Both the position numbers and the translations under genes were made by a program. A stretch of 64,000 nucleotides of DNA from Folioceros fuciformis (lineage: Eukaryota): NCBI GenBank assembly GCA_049999805.1, contig JBNGIO010006371.1, positions 21,413 to 85,412 on the forward strand, given 5' to 3'. How positions within the stretch are numbered: position 1 is the first letter of the stretch; each line of letters starts with the position of its first letter. Below the pieces are notes generated by a model. It was not told the DNA's origin. It did not search any database and was given only the letters and a program-made list of their open reading frames with translations. Positions 31,418 through 42,604 of the stretch are shown here, piece by piece.

Positions 31418-33964
31418 ATGGGTCGTGGTGCATCAACATCCAGCTCGAGCGTGACGGGTGCTGGTCATGACTGCAGGCCAGCACGGTATGAGAGGGGTGT
31501 TACGGCTAAGACCGTGACCGCACTATGTCAGCCAGGGCAGCAACGTGAGGCGGCCATTGAGGCTCTGGGAGTTCTGGTACACACGCAAAGCCGGGTCTCC
31601 AGAGCTCTGTTTTACATGGTGCTGAAACAATGTGTGGTCAAGAAGGACCTGCCTCTGAGTCGCCGGCTTCATGCGCTTACTGTGAAAGAGGGGTATGAGA
31701 CGGACACGTTCCTGTGCAACCACATCCTGCGGATGTATGCTTCTCATTCCAGGTTGCAGGAAGCTATGGATGTGTTCGCAATGGTGGCTACGCCAGATGC
31801 CTTCATGTGGTCTTCTATCATATCTGCACATGTTAGGCATGGGCAGGACAAGCAGGCCATAGAACTGTATCATCGGATGCGCGAGTCAAGCGTGAAGCCC
31901 GACGGGCATGTGTTTGTAGCAGCCCTTCAGGCCTGTGCGAAGGGAGGAGACTTGAAATTTGGGCAGCAGGTGCATGATGATGTGTTGGCCAGTGGAGTGG
32001 AGCCTGGCTTGTTTGTCTGTAACGCCTTGGTTCACATGTATGCAAAGTGTGGCAGCTTGGAAGAAGCTGAGAGGGTGTTTGATGAAGTGGAGCAGAAAGA
32101 TGTGGTGACGTGGAATGCCATGATCGCAGGGTATGCCCAGGAGGGCATGGTCGAGGAAGCCCTTCATCTGTACAGTGCTATGCAAGAAGAAGGCTCTGCA
32201 GCTGTACCCACTTCTGTGACATTCGTGTGCATCCTGCAGGCATGTGCTAGTGTGGGGGATTCGGCTTTAGAGAAGGGGAAGCAGCTCCATGCAACTATTA
32301 GAGAACGAGGGCTTGAAGCTGATGTGTTTATAGCCAACAGTCTGATAAACATGTATGCAAAGTGTGGCAGCCTAGAGCTTGCGCGTGGTGTGTTTGACGG
32401 ACAAGGTACCAAAGATGTTGTGACCTGGAATGCCATGATAGCAGGATATTCCCAGCAGGGCATGGGCCAGGAAGCCCTTCGACTTTACAGTGCAATGCAA
32501 GGAGAAGTAGGTGGTGCTGTACCAAATTCTGTCACATTTTTGGGCCTCCTGCAGGCGTGTACATGTTTGGGTGCCTCGGCTTTGGAGAAGGGGAAGGAGC
32601 TTCATGCACAAATTAGTGAACAAGGACACGAAGCTGATGTTTTTGTAGCCAACAGTTTGGTAAACATGTATGCAAAGTGCGGAAGCTTGGAGGACGCACA
32701 AGGTGTTTTTGACAAACTTGTTCAAAAAGATGTTGTCACATGGACTGCTCTGATAGCAGGGTATTGCCAGCAGGGCATGGGCCAGAGAGCTCTTCATCTG
32801 CACAGCTCTATGAAACAAGAGGGCATCGCTAGAACGGACAATGTGATATTTGCGTGCCTCCTTCAGGCGTGCGCACTTGTGGGCACACTGGCTCTGGAGA
32901 AGGGGAAGGAGCTGCATGCACAAATCAGGGAAGAAGGGCATGAAGATGACGTGGTTGTAGCCAACAGTTTGGTAAATATGTACACAAAGTGTGGCAGCAT
33001 GGAAGATGCCCAGAGTGTGTTTGACGGCCTTGTTGTGAAAGATGTCGTGACATGGACAGCTCTATTGGCAGGATATTCCCAGCAGGGCAAGGATCACAAA
33101 TCCCTTCATCTCTACAGAGCTATGCAACAGGAAGGCGTTGCTGTACCCGATTCTCTCACATTTGGGTGCCTGCTGCAGGCATGTGCGAATGTCGCAGCTT
33201 TGCAGCTTGGTAGAGAGCTACATGCAGAGATTAGAGAACAGGGGCTTGTAGCGGATGGACTTGTTGCTAATAGTTTGATAAATATGTATGCAAAGTGCGG
33301 CAGCTTGGACGACGCGCAGAGAGTGTTTGATGCACTTAGCGAAAAGGATGTGGTGACATGGACCGCACTGATGGCAGGCTACACCCGTCAAGGAGCTTGT
33401 GAAGTGGTGTTTGACTTGGTACAGAGAATGAGAGAGGATGGCGTTCACCCGAATGGCATCACGATGCTCAATGTGCTGGCAGTCTGCAGCCATGTGGGTT
33501 TAGTGAGCAAGGGGCAGGAATACTTTGAGGCTATGGGCACCCGGTATGGAGTCACTCCTACGATTGAGCACTTCACATGCATGGTGGACCTCCTGGGCCG
33601 TGCTGGCCAACTGAACGAGTCACTATCTTTGGCTAAGACAATGCCTGTGTTGCCCAATGCTGCAGTCTGGCACACACTACTGGGTGCTTGCCGAAAGTGG
33701 AGCAATGTGGAGGTGGGACGTCACGCATTTGACGAAGCGATGAAGCTGGACAAGAAAGATGCGGCAGCACATGTGTTAATGTCCAACATTTACACAAGTG
33801 CCCATATGTGGGAGCAGGCAGCAGAGATCCAAGTTAGGAGGAAAGCTGTGGGGGCACGGAAGCAACCAGGCCAGAGCTGGTGGACAGACATGGACGGTGT
33901 GGTGCGTAGTTTTTTGGTTTCGGGCAAGCAGAAACATCCTAATACGAGTGCTTTCGAAGCATGA
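31418..33964 (+). CDS. PLS-class PPR protein with E1/E2 and truncated DYW:WW-type domain
   Basis: Intronless 848-aa ORF of near-identical PLS triplets, ending KQPGQSWWTDMDGVVRSFLV..KHP then stop. Confidence 0.93.
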   Translation: MGRGASTSSSSVTGAGHDCRPARYERGVTAKTVTALCQPGQQREAAIEALGVLVHTQSRVSRALFYMVLKQCVVKKDLPLSRRLHALTVKEGYETDTFLCNHILRMYASHSRLQEAMDVFAMVATPDAFMWSSIISAHVRHGQDKQAIELYHRMRESSVKPDGHVFVAALQACAKGGDLKFGQQVHDDVLASGVEPGLFVCNALVHMYAKCGSLEEAERVFDEVEQKDVVTWNAMIAGYAQEGMVEEALHLYSAMQEEGSAAVPTSVTFVCILQACASVGDSALEKGKQLHATIRERGLEADVFIANSLINMYAKCGSLELARGVFDGQGTKDVVTWNAMIAGYSQQGMGQEALRLYSAMQGEVGGAVPNSVTFLGLLQACTCLGASALEKGKELHAQISEQGHEADVFVANSLVNMYAKCGSLEDAQGVFDKLVQKDVVTWTALIAGYCQQGMGQRALHLHSSMKQEGIARTDNVIFACLLQACALVGTLALEKGKELHAQIREEGHEDDVVVANSLVNMYTKCGSMEDAQSVFDGLVVKDVVTWTALLAGYSQQGKDHKSLHLYRAMQQEGVAVPDSLTFGCLLQACANVAALQLGRELHAEIREQGLVADGLVANSLINMYAKCGSLDDAQRVFDALSEKDVVTWTALMAGYTRQGACEVVFDLVQRMREDGVHPNGITMLNVLAVCSHVGLVSKGQEYFEAMGTRYGVTPTIEHFTCMVDLLGRAGQLNESLSLAKTMPVLPNAAVWHTLLGACRKWSNVEVGRHAFDEAMKLDKKDAAAHVLMSNIYTSAHMWEQAAEIQVRRKAVGARKQPGQSWWTDMDGVVRSFLVSGKQKHPNTSAFEA

Positions 33965-34241
33965 GGAAGGCTATGTGGCACATCTGGACTCGTCACTGGC
34001 AGGCAGATTTATTGACACTTCAAAGGTTCTCGCAAATCTGGTTACACCATCTTCGTGTTCCTCTAGAGATAGTAGGTGCAAAATCGGATCCTTCCATATC
34101 GGGGAACAGTGGGGGTGGAATTGGAAGGTGTCCTCGACAGTGCACTGATCAACGTCGCCTGGCTGCGGACCTATTCATCTCGACAGTGTCAGGTGAACCC
34201 CGAAAGCCCTAGACCTGTGTCCATAGGACATGCGTGAATTA

Positions 34242-34270
34242 AGGGTTTAGGGTTTTAGGATTTAGAGTTT
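34242..34270. promoter_or_regulatory. Telo-box / degenerate TTTAGGG repeats upstream of RSL1D1
   Basis: agggtttagggttttaggatttagagttt ~80-110 bp before the ATG. Confidence 0.55.
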
Positions 34271-34351
34271 TCGAGGTGATGCGGGTGTAGAAAACCACTG
34301 GGTTCGAGTAGCCTTGAGTCCTTTAGGGAGAAGCGGCTGGGAGCTGGAGAG

Positions 34352-35560
34352 ATGTCTGCCGCGGCCGGCGGAGGTAAAAAGGTGAGGAGCAGAGTCGAAG
34401 ATGAACGCATCTCGAAGGCTGTCGATTCTCTGCTGAGATGGCTGGACTCGCAGAAATCGGGAAGGATGGCGGAGCTTGTTGAGGATGACGAGCTCCTCTA
34501 TGTCGTGGTGTCGATGAAGAAGGTACCGGAGATAGCGCGCACGAATCCTTACAGGATCCCATTGCCTCACCCTCTCTTTCCTCTGGATGGTTCGCAAGAG
34601 GTCTGCCTGTTTGTGAGCGACCGGGAGTCGGGTATGAAGCAAAAGGAAGCCAAAGAGAGGGTTGCGCAGGAGGGAATAGCTGTTCAGAAGGTGGTGGCGT
34701 TGTCTAAGCTGAAGAAGAATTACTTCGCGTACGAGGCCAAGAGGAAGCTGTGTGGCTCCTATGACTTGTTCTTGGCGGACGATAGGATTCTTTCGGAACT
34801 CCCGAAGTGTCTCGGGAAGACATTTTTCAAGAAGAAAAAGCATCCTATTCCGGTTAGGTTGTCCAGGGGGCATTGGAAAGGGCAGATCACGGCTGCGTGC
34901 AGCTCCACTTTTTTCTATCTGGCGCGAGGAACGTGCAGTGTGATTAAGGCTGCCAGGGTCGCTCAACCCAGGGATGAGATAAGGGACAACATCCTAGCTA
35001 TCGTAGAAGGGGTAGCTAACCTCATCCCGAAGAAGTGGTCCAACATCCAGTCTATTTATTTGAAGACGTTGGAGTCCTTGTCACTTCCACTGTATCAGGC
35101 GCTTCCGGACCTCCCCTTGAAGATCGAGGTCGGCAGGAAGTCGGAGTCTCAGGATTTGGGGATCTCTACGGAGGGCATAATAGAGGAGGGCACGTCGAAG
35201 GAGAGGCTCTCGAAGGAGATCGTGGGAAAGGAGGGGCTCTCGAAGGAGAGCAAGTCGAAGGAGGGTATTTCGAAGAAGTCCAAGGTAAAGGAGGAGACCT
35301 CTAAGGAGAGCAACGTAAAGGAGAGGACCTCTAAGGAGAGCAAGGTAAAGGAGGGGACCTGTAAGGAGAGCAAGGGGAAAGAGGGGATCTTGAAGGAGAG
35401 CAACGCAAAGGAGGGGATCCCGAAGGAGACCAACACCAAGAAGAACAAGACGGAGGATAGGGGAAATGTGAAAGAGAGCAAGGCGGCTGTTGAAGTTGAG
35501 TCTTCGAAGAAAAGGAGACAAGTAGAAACTCCGAGGAAGTCGAAGAAGAGTCGAGCTTGA
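34352..35560 (+). CDS. RSL1D1: Ribosomal L1 domain-containing protein (RSL1D1/Cic1/Utp30-like), intronless
   Basis: RIPLPHPL, EVCLFV, YEAKRKLCGSYDLFLADDRI, LGKTFFKKKKHPIPV, SLPLY, then a Lys/Glu-rich tail. Confidence 0.9.
   Translation: MSAAAGGGKKVRSRVEDERISKAVDSLLRWLDSQKSGRMAELVEDDELLYVVVSMKKVPEIARTNPYRIPLPHPLFPLDGSQEVCLFVSDRESGMKQKEAKERVAQEGIAVQKVVALSKLKKNYFAYEAKRKLCGSYDLFLADDRILSELPKCLGKTFFKKKKHPIPVRLSRGHWKGQITAACSSTFFYLARGTCSVIKAARVAQPRDEIRDNILAIVEGVANLIPKKWSNIQSIYLKTLESLSLPLYQALPDLPLKIEVGRKSESQDLGISTEGIIEEGTSKERLSKEIVGKEGLSKESKSKEGISKKSKVKEETSKESNVKERTSKESKVKEGTCKESKGKEGILKESNAKEGIPKETNTKKNKTEDRGNVKESKAAVEVESSKKRRQVETPRKSKKSRA
35155..35440 (+). repeat. 30-bp coding minisatellite (10-aa KESKxKEGxS units) in the RSL1D1 tail
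   Basis: About 8-9 imperfect copies of ...ctcgaaggagagcaaggtaaaggaggggac... Confidence 0.85.
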
Positions 35561-35812
35561 CTCGAAAGGTGCACGACAGAGTACTCCAATGAGGGACGTC
35601 GCTTGCTCCCTTTTTCCTGGTTTACTGGATTTGTTTATGGCGGACTGCGAAATGGTGCTTCAACGTACCTTCTTTTTTGGGGCATGAGGGTTAAAGGTCC
35701 TCTTTAGGGTTAAAGGTCCTCTTTGGGACTTCCGTTTAGTGAGGAGATGAGCATGCAGAGAGCGAGGGAGTATGCATCCGACAAAACCATGTATTCGCAG
35801 GCACGTCCGGCC

Positions 35813-38800
35813 TGTCTCCTTGCTGCACAACGGGAACCTGTATTACAAATGTGGAGATGGAGGTGATGCATCCCAGGAGCCCAAGTCGCAGAAGTCCCCT
35901 AAGTAGGATAGCATTTCAATTGTTGGCCTGAAACAAGAGACGAGGCTAGCAATGAGACTTATGTACCGCAAAATTCTTGCACCTGAACAAGGAGAAGCGC
36001 TGGCATGACCTCCTGCACTGCGAAGGTGGTCTTATTGCTGCCGTGCTCTTAACCTACGTGGCCGGTCTTCGTACTACGAGGCTGCACGGTACGGGCGCGG
36101 AACCGGGGTACGGATAGACCTCTGTATCCCTCTTGGCACTTGCGCAGTCTCGGTTTGCTTTCAGCTCTTGTGCCATGAGTAAGTAATTATTAATAAATGA
36201 AAATTATCATTATTGCCCAAGACTAAGGGGCAAGTGGCGGTCCCTGTGAGGACACAACAACACACCCCAGCTGCTTCGTCCTCGCCCGCCATAAGCAGAT
36301 CCACAAAAATCATGTTGACGGCCTTTTCTTTTCTTGAATCGCTCCAATGCGACTGCGTCTTAGCTGAATCTGTTGGTCGCCCTTCATGGTTGGAGTAGAA
36401 ATTCCAGTTTGGGTACTCCCTGCTTCCATCAACTAGAATCTAGATTGGGTGATGCCCGGTGATTTGGGGTGAACTTCGAGAAGGTGCTGGGTTCTTGTAG
36501 TTGGAACTTGGAAGCTCAAACGTGAGACGTCAAGCTTAGGCGAACATGAGCAATTCAAATCACAACGGTCACAAACGTATTTGATAAGCACCAAGCCTTT
36601 GGCCAGTGGATGCCGCATGATTTCGGCAGGGTGCTTGAGCTTGCGGGAGGTACACAGGATCACCGGTATTGAGCGTGGAGACAATCTTTGCCCCGCTTTG
36701 GCCGTCCAGATTATCTACTGGACTGAAGTCCCGGTCATCTACTGGACTGAACAGGATTTTTAGCATCCCGGGCATGACGAGGCAATGGAATGGGCTGGAT
36801 CACCGAAATCAACTGGCAAAGATAGCTAGCCCCCATGAGCTTTCTAAAGAGGACGTGGGGCCCGGTGGGATCGATTCTGAACTTAGGAATGTGAGAATTG
36901 GTGGGATCGATCCTGGACATGAGGATGTGGAACCCGGAGAGATCAATCCTGAACATAACGCTGTGGAACCTGGACGGACCAATCCTGAACATATTAACGA
37001 TATGGAGCATGGTGGTATCAAATCTGAACATGGGGATATTGAGCCCAATAAGATTTCTGACGGTGAGAATTCTCGAGATGATGATGATAATGTTTCGAAG
37101 ACGGTGAGGGACGCTTGTTCTGGTGAGAATAGTCAAGATGATGAATCTGGTGATCATTTTGAGGATGAGGAAAGCCATCAGGATGAGCTGAATTCACAGC
37201 ATGAGTGTATAAATTGCCACACTGAACATAAGGCGAAGGATCGGGATGAGGAAAGAGATCAAGGTTGGTTGGGATGTCAGAATGAGGAAGCAAATCTCTC
37301 GAAGCTTGCAACGTATAGGAAGGAAATGTCATCAAGGTTACCGTTCGACAAGCCTGAGGAGCCTCCTCATCATGAAGATGAAGATGAAGATAAAGAGGCG
37401 GATCCGGATGAGGGAAGAGATCTAGATGGGGCGAGAGATCAGGATGAAGACATAAATCACTCGGAACATGCACTGTATAGTACGGAGAAGCCACAAATGA
37501 TACTGTGCGATGAGCCTGGGAAGCATCCGGATCCTGAAGACGAGGATCGGGGTGAGGAAAGACATCAAGATGGGGCGAGAGATTTGGATGACACAACAAT
37601 TGCCTTGCAACTTGCAATTGGAATGGTAAGGGCGGCAATAATGCCACGCCTAATGTTCGGTGTTCCTCCTGATGGTGCGGGACAGTATCAGAAGGGGTTG
37701 AAAGATCGTCATGAGCACACAATTACCAAAGACCATGCAGATGATACGTCTACGTTGCAAATTGTTCCAAGGCTTCTGTTCGATAAGCCTGGTGAGTCTG
37801 AGGAGGACGAGGAGGAGTGCGAGGAGTGTCGGGATGAGGACGAGAAAGAGCATGATGAGGAAAAAGAGGATGAAGATGACTACCAGGATGAGGAGGAGGA
37901 TCAAAATGAGGAGGAGAAGGAATATCAGAATGAGGAGAAGGAGGAGGAGGAGGAGTATGAAGATGAGGATGAGGAGAAGTACGAGGATGAGGAGAAGTAC
38001 GAGGATGAGGGGGGGCATCAGAATGAGGAGTATGAGGCTGAGGAGGTGTATCAGAATGAGGAGGAGCATCATAAAGAGGAGGAGTATGAGGGTGATGACG
38101 GGTATCACAATGAGGAGGATCCGGCGGACGAGGATGCAGAGGACGATGAGGATGCAGAGAACGATGAGGATCCTAAGGATCTAGAGGAGGAGGAGGAGGA
38201 GAATCCTAACGATGCAGAGGAGGAGGAGGAGGATGAGGATCCTAAGGATGCAGAGGAGGATGAGGATCCTAACAATGCAGAGGAGGATGAGGATCCTAAC
38301 AATGCAGAGGAGGAGGAGGATGAGGATGCGGAGAAGGACGAGGTGGAGGTGGAGAATGACGATGAGGATGCAGAGGAGGATGAGCATGAGGATGCGGAGG
38401 AGGATGAGCATGAGGATGCGGAGGAGTATCAGCATGACGAGGAGGATCAGGATGAGCAGGAGAAGGTTTCCGAGATATTGGACGACGAGACAGGAAGGGA
38501 TACGATGACAAATCATTCCACCGATTCTGAAATGAATGAATGAATGGGTGATCATCCTTGTAAGATTATCGGACTATGCGTGCCCCGAGCATCCTGGGGA
38601 TGAGGAGGATGAGGACAAGGAAAGAGCTCAGGACGAGGAAACAAATAAAGTGGAATCAGAGACGTGTATAGTTTTGATGTTAGTTCGAAGGACCCTGCAC
38701 GTTGTATCTGATGAGCAATGCAAACATGAGCAGGAGGATCAGAATCAGAATGAGGACGAAGCGACGAGGGTTTAAAACTTCTTGGGCAACGGCGAGGGGC

Positions 38801-39500
38801 ACTGTGACCTCAAGGACGTTCCTGTGGAGCTCGGTGAGTGTTCAGAACAGAGGGGCGTTGAGCCGGGTGCACGTCGTGAACTTGAGGACGTTGATCCCGG
38901 TGAACACTATGAACAAGAGGACGTCGGGGCCCGCGATCATCAGGAAGGGGGATCAGGATAGGGAGAGAGGTGAACCGATGGACGCATCCGCAATCCATTC
39001 AGATACGGAAGGCATGGTTTCATCGGAATCAGACGATCAGTCTGATCACTAGACTCTGGAAGCCATTGGGTAGGCAAGGACGTTGAGCTCGACGACAGTT
39101 CTGGCAAAGGCATGGTTGATGACAGCAGTCCTTCGATGACACCCGCGATTATGAACCCAGTAACGCAGTGGGGACATGAGAATGAAACTGCCCATGATCA
39201 GGACGAAAATACTTATCAGGATAACAGACGAGCTCAGGTCTTGGGCAATTCTTGTGTTCTAGGAGACAGAACTTTCAACAGAGGATGTGAAGGCCAGTGA
39301 GCATTCAGATCAGGGGGACGCGGATCCTCGCCGACATCAAGAACAAAAGAGGGCATCTGAGGTTCGTAGTGATCGGAGTAAGAACTGGTATCTTGAACCA
39401 TTGGCTGTGTCTCCGGTTGGGGGTCCCACAAAGGATGTTACATCTGAGGTGCATTTGTGATCGGTTGGAGAATGTTGAGCTAAGAGACCATCCAGAGTTC
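35813..39500 (+). mobile_element. Probable truncated LTR retrotransposon (5' LTR ~35813-36232, PBS 36235-36252, degenerate internal region); ends approximate
   Basis: TG...CA segment with AATAAA near its end, followed 2 nt later by TGGCGGTCCCTGTGAGGA, which has the geometry of a tRNA 3'-end complement; no 3' LTR or pol domains seen. Confidence 0.45.
36669..38543 (+). CDS. Extremely acidic (Asp/Glu) low-complexity 624-aa ORF, probably element-derived
   Basis: Open frame with repeated EPG/DPG, 'RLxFDKP' and DEDP(K/N)DAEEE units; the ORF-track start is not ATG (first in-frame ATG ~36774); no recognisable domain. Confidence 0.4.
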   Translation: MSVETIFAPLWPSRLSTGLKSRSSTGLNRIFSIPGMTRQWNGLDHRNQLAKIASPHELSKEDVGPGGIDSELRNVRIGGIDPGHEDVEPGEINPEHNAVEPGRTNPEHINDMEHGGIKSEHGDIEPNKISDGENSRDDDDNVSKTVRDACSGENSQDDESGDHFEDEESHQDELNSQHECINCHTEHKAKDRDEERDQGWLGCQNEEANLSKLATYRKEMSSRLPFDKPEEPPHHEDEDEDKEADPDEGRDLDGARDQDEDINHSEHALYSTEKPQMILCDEPGKHPDPEDEDRGEERHQDGARDLDDTTIALQLAIGMVRAAIMPRLMFGVPPDGAGQYQKGLKDRHEHTITKDHADDTSTLQIVPRLLFDKPGESEEDEEECEECRDEDEKEHDEEKEDEDDYQDEEEDQNEEEKEYQNEEKEEEEEYEDEDEEKYEDEEKYEDEGGHQNEEYEAEEVYQNEEEHHKEEEYEGDDGYHNEEDPADEDAEDDEDAENDEDPKDLEEEEEENPNDAEEEEEDEDPKDAEEDEDPNNAEEDEDPNNAEEEEDEDAEKDEVEVENDDEDAEEDEHEDAEEDEHEDAEEYQHDEEDQDEQEKVSEILDDETGRDTMTNHSTDSEMNE

Positions 39501-40101
39501 AGCTTTGCCTACAAACTATCTTCCCTCTAGCCAAAAAGCCAGAGCATTTTTCACGGCAAGGTATGGTCGCAGAGATCCATGACAACGTGAGCGATGACCT
39601 CAGGTAGTTCGAGCCATTTCTTGTCAAGTTGTAGTGGCTTGCTTGAGTCAGGAGTAACAGTAGAGAACACGGTGAAAGGCAGTTGCCAATCCATTGCAAG
39701 TTTGGGGTATGTACACATTCAAAATTTGCAGGCAATCAAACACCCTTCGGCAAAGAAGGAAATATTGCTACAACACGACAAATATGCGGTCACTGGAACG
39801 TTCCTTCCGCGACCCCTCCGACAGACGGCTTCAACACACAACCCACATACGGTATCAGCATCCACTGGTAACGGATTGCACATCCCTCCAGTAGAGTGAC
39901 CTCGGGTGTACATGGCCCACCGACATATCAGCATCAGCAGGTAACGAATCTGCCCTAAGCCAGATCCCTCCAGCGGAGTGACGGTCGGAAGTACTGGGAA
40001 GGCTAGCGGGGTTCCTCATATCCAGCTCCTCATCTAGCCTCGTCTGGAAACAGGGCCGAGGACGGCAGGGCGGCACATCGAAAGACCCCCACCCTTCAAC
40101 A

Positions 40102-42604
40102 TCACGTAGTGAAGGGGCCGGGGGTACCTTGCCAACCCTCGAGAACTTTGAGCAAGGGGGCCACATGCTTGCCCTCGGAGATGGCGTCGAACACTTTCTC
40201 GATATCTTCTCCTGGGGACTGGTTTCTGATGAAACCGCAGAGGATCTGTGTGCCCAACTCCGAGCGGACGAAGTTGTACAGGGGGAATGTTCGACATTCC
40301 GCAATTCTGTTGGGGACGGCAGCTGCACCTTTGTCGAAAGCTGTCCTCGCCGCTGTCACCTCCTCCCCTAGGGCTTTCATCAGTTCATCCTCGAATGCAG
40401 AGATTTTCAGGAAGAGGGATGTGTTTTCATCCCTCTCTACGTCTGGTGGATTTTTCAGGGCCCTGTCAACCAGAACCTGACGAAGCTTCTGCATCAGAGG
40501 GTACGAGGCGTTAGCAGCATCGTCGATGTAAGTGAAGGGGGCCTGGTGCTCCACCACATGTAGCAGCTCCTTCTCGCAGAATCTAGTCTGTAGTAGTACC
40601 CCGTTGTTATCAACAGAGAGCAGCTTCTTGGAGATGGACGACACCACTCTCTTCACCACAGCAACCATATTCTCCTCCAGATGCCGGAGGTCCACTGCCT
40701 GGCACAAGGCCACCAGGTAGGTGGAAGTCATGAGCTTCAGGATCTCGATGGATTCTGCAGTCTTCCTTGCAGACACCAGCCCCAGAGAATTCACATCTTG
40801 GTTGTGCTGCTCTGCTGATTGCACGTGGTTGGTTACAGGGTTGGCTAGGAACTGCAGCTCCGACGTGTAGGACGCCATGGCAATCTCAGCACCCTTGAAT
40901 CCGTAGTCTAGGCTCGGGTTGGGTCCCCCTGACAGGTTGCTGGGTAGGCCGTTGTTGTAGTAATCGTTCACTAGCTCCGAGAACTGGGCAAACATGAGCT
41001 TGGCGATGGCAGCAAGGGCCAAACGCATGTTGTCCATGGACACTCCGATGGGAGTACCCTGGAAGTTGCCACCATGCAGAGCAATGGAACGAGCAGCATC
41101 GATGATCGGATTATCGTTCACAGAGTTGATCTCCCTCTCGATGGAGTGCGTTGCAGCCCGAATGACCTCAACCTGAGGCCCCAGCCACTGTGGAGACGTC
41201 CGGAGGGCATACCTGTCCTGCTTCGGTTTGCTCAGAGGATCCGTTCCGTGCAACTTAGCAGCCAGCTTCATGTACGAGCTCCCGTCGAGCACCCACTGCA
41301 CACACACAAGACAAGGGCATAAGTCAGCAAATCGTCACCCAACCCAGCAGCAAACACCGTTAACCCATCAAAAAATATGAGCATAATCCAGCATCGCCCA
41401 TTTCACCAAGTTCTCACCTCCATGATGGCGGCAGCCTCCATCTGCCCAGGATGATGCTTCAGCTTATGGGTCAGAGGATCCGTAAACTCCGGCTTCCCAT
41501 TCATCACCTCGCAGAAGAAAGCAGACATGACCTCCGCCATCACAACCAGAATGTTGGCATCAAAACAGACCATGGAAGCCATAGCCGCCCCCACAGCAGT
41601 CCCATTCACAATAGCGAGCCCCTCCTTCGGCTGCAGCACAAAAGGGTTCGCAACCCCAGCAAGCTTCAAAGCCTCCTCCCCGGAAACCTCTTTCCCCTCA
41701 CAGGTGACGGCCCGAGAATTCGGCCTCCCGGTCAGCACCCCAGCAATATAACTTAACGGGACCAAGTCCCCAGAAGCGGTAATCGTCCCCCGCAGAGGCA
41801 GCTTGGGCGTTATGTTGGCATTCAACAACTTCTCCAGACCTTCCAGAATCTCCCACCGGATCCCAGAAAATCCCTGCATCAAGGTGTTGGTCCGCACCAG
41901 CATCCCCGCCCGGGCAGCAGCAACAGGCAACGTGTTCCCCTCGCTCTTCCCGAAAATTCCGGCATTCAGGAACCGGATGAGCTCCTTCTGGAGCTCGGCA
42001 CCCTGGTTAGTCCGCCGGTGCGACGTCGCTCCAAAGCCTGCGCAACACACCCACATTGTCTCAGCACTGGGCGCCATCCCCGCCCCCCGGACACACCTCA
42101 CGAGCTGCAGCAGCATCTCACGCCCACTCACCCGTGGTCACCCCGTACGTGTCCGTCCCCTTGAGCATGTTGGAAAGCACCCAGTTGGAGCTCTGGTCGA
42201 CGCGGTGCTTGGCAGCCTCCGCGTCCAGGCGCACCTTCACGCCCGGACGGCGCGCAATCGCCGTGACCTGGGCCACGCTGAGGTTCACCCCCTCGATGGC
42301 CACCTCGTCCGCAGTGACGAACGTGCCCACCATCTGCTTCACCTCGTCCAGGTGGCTGCACTCCAAGGCCTCGGACGTCCGCACCCAGTTGAGCGGGTCG
42401 TGCACGATCTCCCCGCCCGCCCTCTCAAAGCAGAAGTTGGGAATCTTGACCCCCGCGTCCAGGTCCATGGGGCACGCCACAACCATCNNNNNNNNNNNNN
42501 NNNNNNNNNNNNNNNNNNNNNNNNNNNNNNNNNNNNNNNNNNNNNNNNNNNNNNNNNNNNNNNNNNNNNNNNNNNNNNNNNNNNNNNCGCTTATTGCTCG
42601 TCAT
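40102..42604 (-). CDS. PAL: Phenylalanine ammonia-lyase; two visible introns; N-terminus crosses an N gap
   Basis: [30 protein letters not shown] motif [40 protein letters not shown]; likely ATG at 42604 (MTSNK). Confidence 0.97.

Noticed and set aside
33860-34150. U-to-C editing (DYW:KP) factor
   Set aside because: The PG box is the SWW type and no deaminase active-site residues are present
35081-35589. Antisense ORFs over the RSL1D1 tail; 30-bp repeats as a CRISPR-like array
   Set aside because: Contiguous coding minisatellite with no unique spacers, in a eukaryotic gene
37650-38555. Long Arg/Met-rich and Leu/Ile-rich ORFs overlapping the acidic ORF
   Set aside because: Alternative-frame and antisense shadows of GAG/GAT repeats
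41960-41990. Bifunctional PAL/TAL
   Set aside because: The specificity position reads ELIRFL (Phe), not the His of tyrosine-accepting enzymes
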